Source: Marsupella aquatica
Lineage: Eukaryota > Plantae > Marchantiophyta
NCBI GenBank assembly: GCA_973895155.1
Contig: OZ316897.1
Span: forward strand, 16,057,375-16,121,374
Direction of reading: 5' to 3'
Length of the DNA: 64,000 nucleotides
This document shows positions 62,326 through 64,000 of the stretch, in pieces. The notes beneath the pieces are model-generated. The model was not told the origin of the DNA, did no database searches, and saw nothing but the letters and a program-made list of their open reading frames with translations. A program made the translations under genes and the position numbers. Numbering within the stretch: the first letter of the stretch is position 1; every line of letters begins with the position of its first letter.

Positions 62326-63243
62326 ATGCTTTCTCAGGAGTCGATTCTGGTTCTCGGCGCCGGCGAATTAGGCACAGCAGTGCTTCGCGGCCTCGCCCTA
62401 CATCGCGAGCGCGGCTCCGTCAAGCTGTCGGTGCTTCTGAGGCCCGCCACAATCAACAGCAGCCAGGCGGAGAAACGCGCTCAAATCACTTCCCTCCAAA
62501 GTCTCGGCATCGCAGTCGTGGCAGGGGATGTGATGACAGACTCGGTTCCAGAGCTCGTGGCTCTGTTCAAGCCCTTCACCACCATCATAAGCTGTTCTGG
62601 TATGACCTTCGAATCAGGAACTCAGCTCAAATTGGCGCATGCAGTGCTCGATGCAGGGGTGCGAAGATACATCCCGTGGCAATTCGGCGCCGACTATGCT
62701 ATCATCGGCCGCAATAGCTCGCAGGACCTTTTCACTGAGCAATTGGACGTCAGAGACCTGCTGCGAGCCCAAACGGAAACGACTTGGATCATTGTATCGA
62801 CAGGGATGTTCATGAGCATTCTGTTCGAGGATTTCTTCGGAATTGTGAACGCCGAGCGGACGATTGTGCGTGCTCTGGGGTCCTGGGACAATCTGGTGAC
62901 TGTCACTTCACCAGAAGACATTGGGAAGCTGACTGCGGAGGTCGTTCTGGCGGCACCCGAGGTCGAAAACGAAATTGTTTTCATAGCTGGAGACACAGTT
63001 TCGTATGCTCAGATTGCAACGATTGTAGAACAGGTGCGAGGGAAGCCGATCGAGCGAGTGCTGTGGGATCTGAGCACCCTTCGAAAGGATCTGATGGAGA
63101 GTCCGAGCGACAGTTTGAAGAAATACAGGATCGTGTTCGCAGAAGGAAAAGGAGTGTCGTGGAATCGGGAACAAACTTTCAATTGGAAGAGAGGTCTAAA
63201 GACAACTTCTCTGGAGCAGTGGGCAAGAGACAATTTGAAATGA
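62326..63243 (+). CDS. NmrA-like / aromatic alcohol reductase (atypical SDR, PCBER/IFR superfamily), 305 aa, intronless
   Basis: Rossmann ILVLGAGELG, RYIPWQFGADY, IVSTGMFM, VTVTSPEDIG, IAGDTVSY; first ATG at 62326 (the track start is GTG). Confidence 0.9.
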   Translation: MLSQESILVLGAGELGTAVLRGLALHRERGSVKLSVLLRPATINSSQAEKRAQITSLQSLGIAVVAGDVMTDSVPELVALFKPFTTIISCSGMTFESGTQLKLAHAVLDAGVRRYIPWQFGADYAIIGRNSSQDLFTEQLDVRDLLRAQTETTWIIVSTGMFMSILFEDFFGIVNAERTIVRALGSWDNLVTVTSPEDIGKLTAEVVLAAPEVENEIVFIAGDTVSYAQIATIVEQVRGKPIERVLWDLSTLRKDLMESPSDSLKKYRIVFAEGKGVSWNREQTFNWKRGLKTTSLEQWARDNLK

Positions 63244-63289
63244 GTTAGTGTAGTTAGTGGCTATTAAGGTTCATGACAGAAAAAGGTTC

Positions 63290-63740
63290 TGGAGTACCAA
63301 ATTCATGATCTATATAGCTTTGAGGAGTACCAAATTCATGATCTATAAGTTTTGAGGAGTACCAAACTCATGTCCATAACCTTTTGCCTTAAAGATAGCT
63401 CATAGCAAACTCATGTCCATATTTTTGCCATAAAGGTTGGTCATGACTAAGTAATTGTAGAGGATAGTGATAAAAAAAATTAGCCATAACGATTGGTCAT
63501 GTGCCTATGACCATAAGTAATTGTAGAGGATAGTGACAAGAAAAACAGCTATGGCCATTTCTTTAGGGCGAAAGCCAAATCTATAAGTATGAAGCTTTTG
63601 GACATCCTAATAGGGGGCTCTAGGGTGTCTCAAAACTCAAAGTTAGATTCTCGACAGAAAAAGTGATGGATTACGAAATTCATGATCCATAACTTTTTGT
63701 TATAAAGATTAGTTCATGATCCATAACTTTTTGTCATTAA
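63290..63740. repeat. Short tandem repeats and MITE-family remnant
   Basis: GGAGTACCAAA.TCATG x3, CCATAACTTTTT motifs, and TAGGGTGTCTCAAA at 63621. Confidence 0.6.
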
Positions 63741-64000
63741 GATTTCAGGTGCTACCTTGTTGTTTGGGAGTCTACACAGATTTTTTTTGTCTTATTGAGA
63801 TTTTTTATATGTATTTTGGTTTCAATTTATTTTATACCATTTAACGCCCTCTTATATTTTCTATATTTCGTTGTTGACACCCCTTTTTAGATCTAGTTTA
63901 TTTTTTAATCTTGCCCCTCCTTTGTTAGAATATGTTATATTCATCCTTAAATTTGGGTTCTTTTAAATTGATTTTTCATACTCTATGGATAGCTAGACCC

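Overview
Eukaryotic nuclear DNA from a land plant, probably a bryophyte such as a liverwort (inferred from gene style only). Host genes: a 3-exon AVT1-type amino-acid transporter, an intronless L-type lectin receptor kinase, an intronless RAD7-like LRR protein, a 5-exon plastid-targeted TPR protein, an inverted pair of intronless enoyl-CoA hydratase-like genes with signal peptides, and an intronless microbial-type NmrA/aromatic alcohol reductase. The highlight is a Ty3/Gypsy-type retrotransposon on the minus strand (29844-36959). Its four ORF-track pieces lie in one frame, separated only by three C-to-T-type stops, and restore a single polyprotein: Gag-Zn knuckles-protease-DNMT3-like cytosine methyltransferase-RT-RNase H-integrase-PHD finger. 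The element would thus carry its own DNA-methylation writer and a histone reader. Its leader holds an antisense 5S rRNA-derived Pol III promoter-like segment with amplified box C motifs, and it sits in a nest of scrambled, inverted LTR-like repeats. All calls are by eye; no searches were run.
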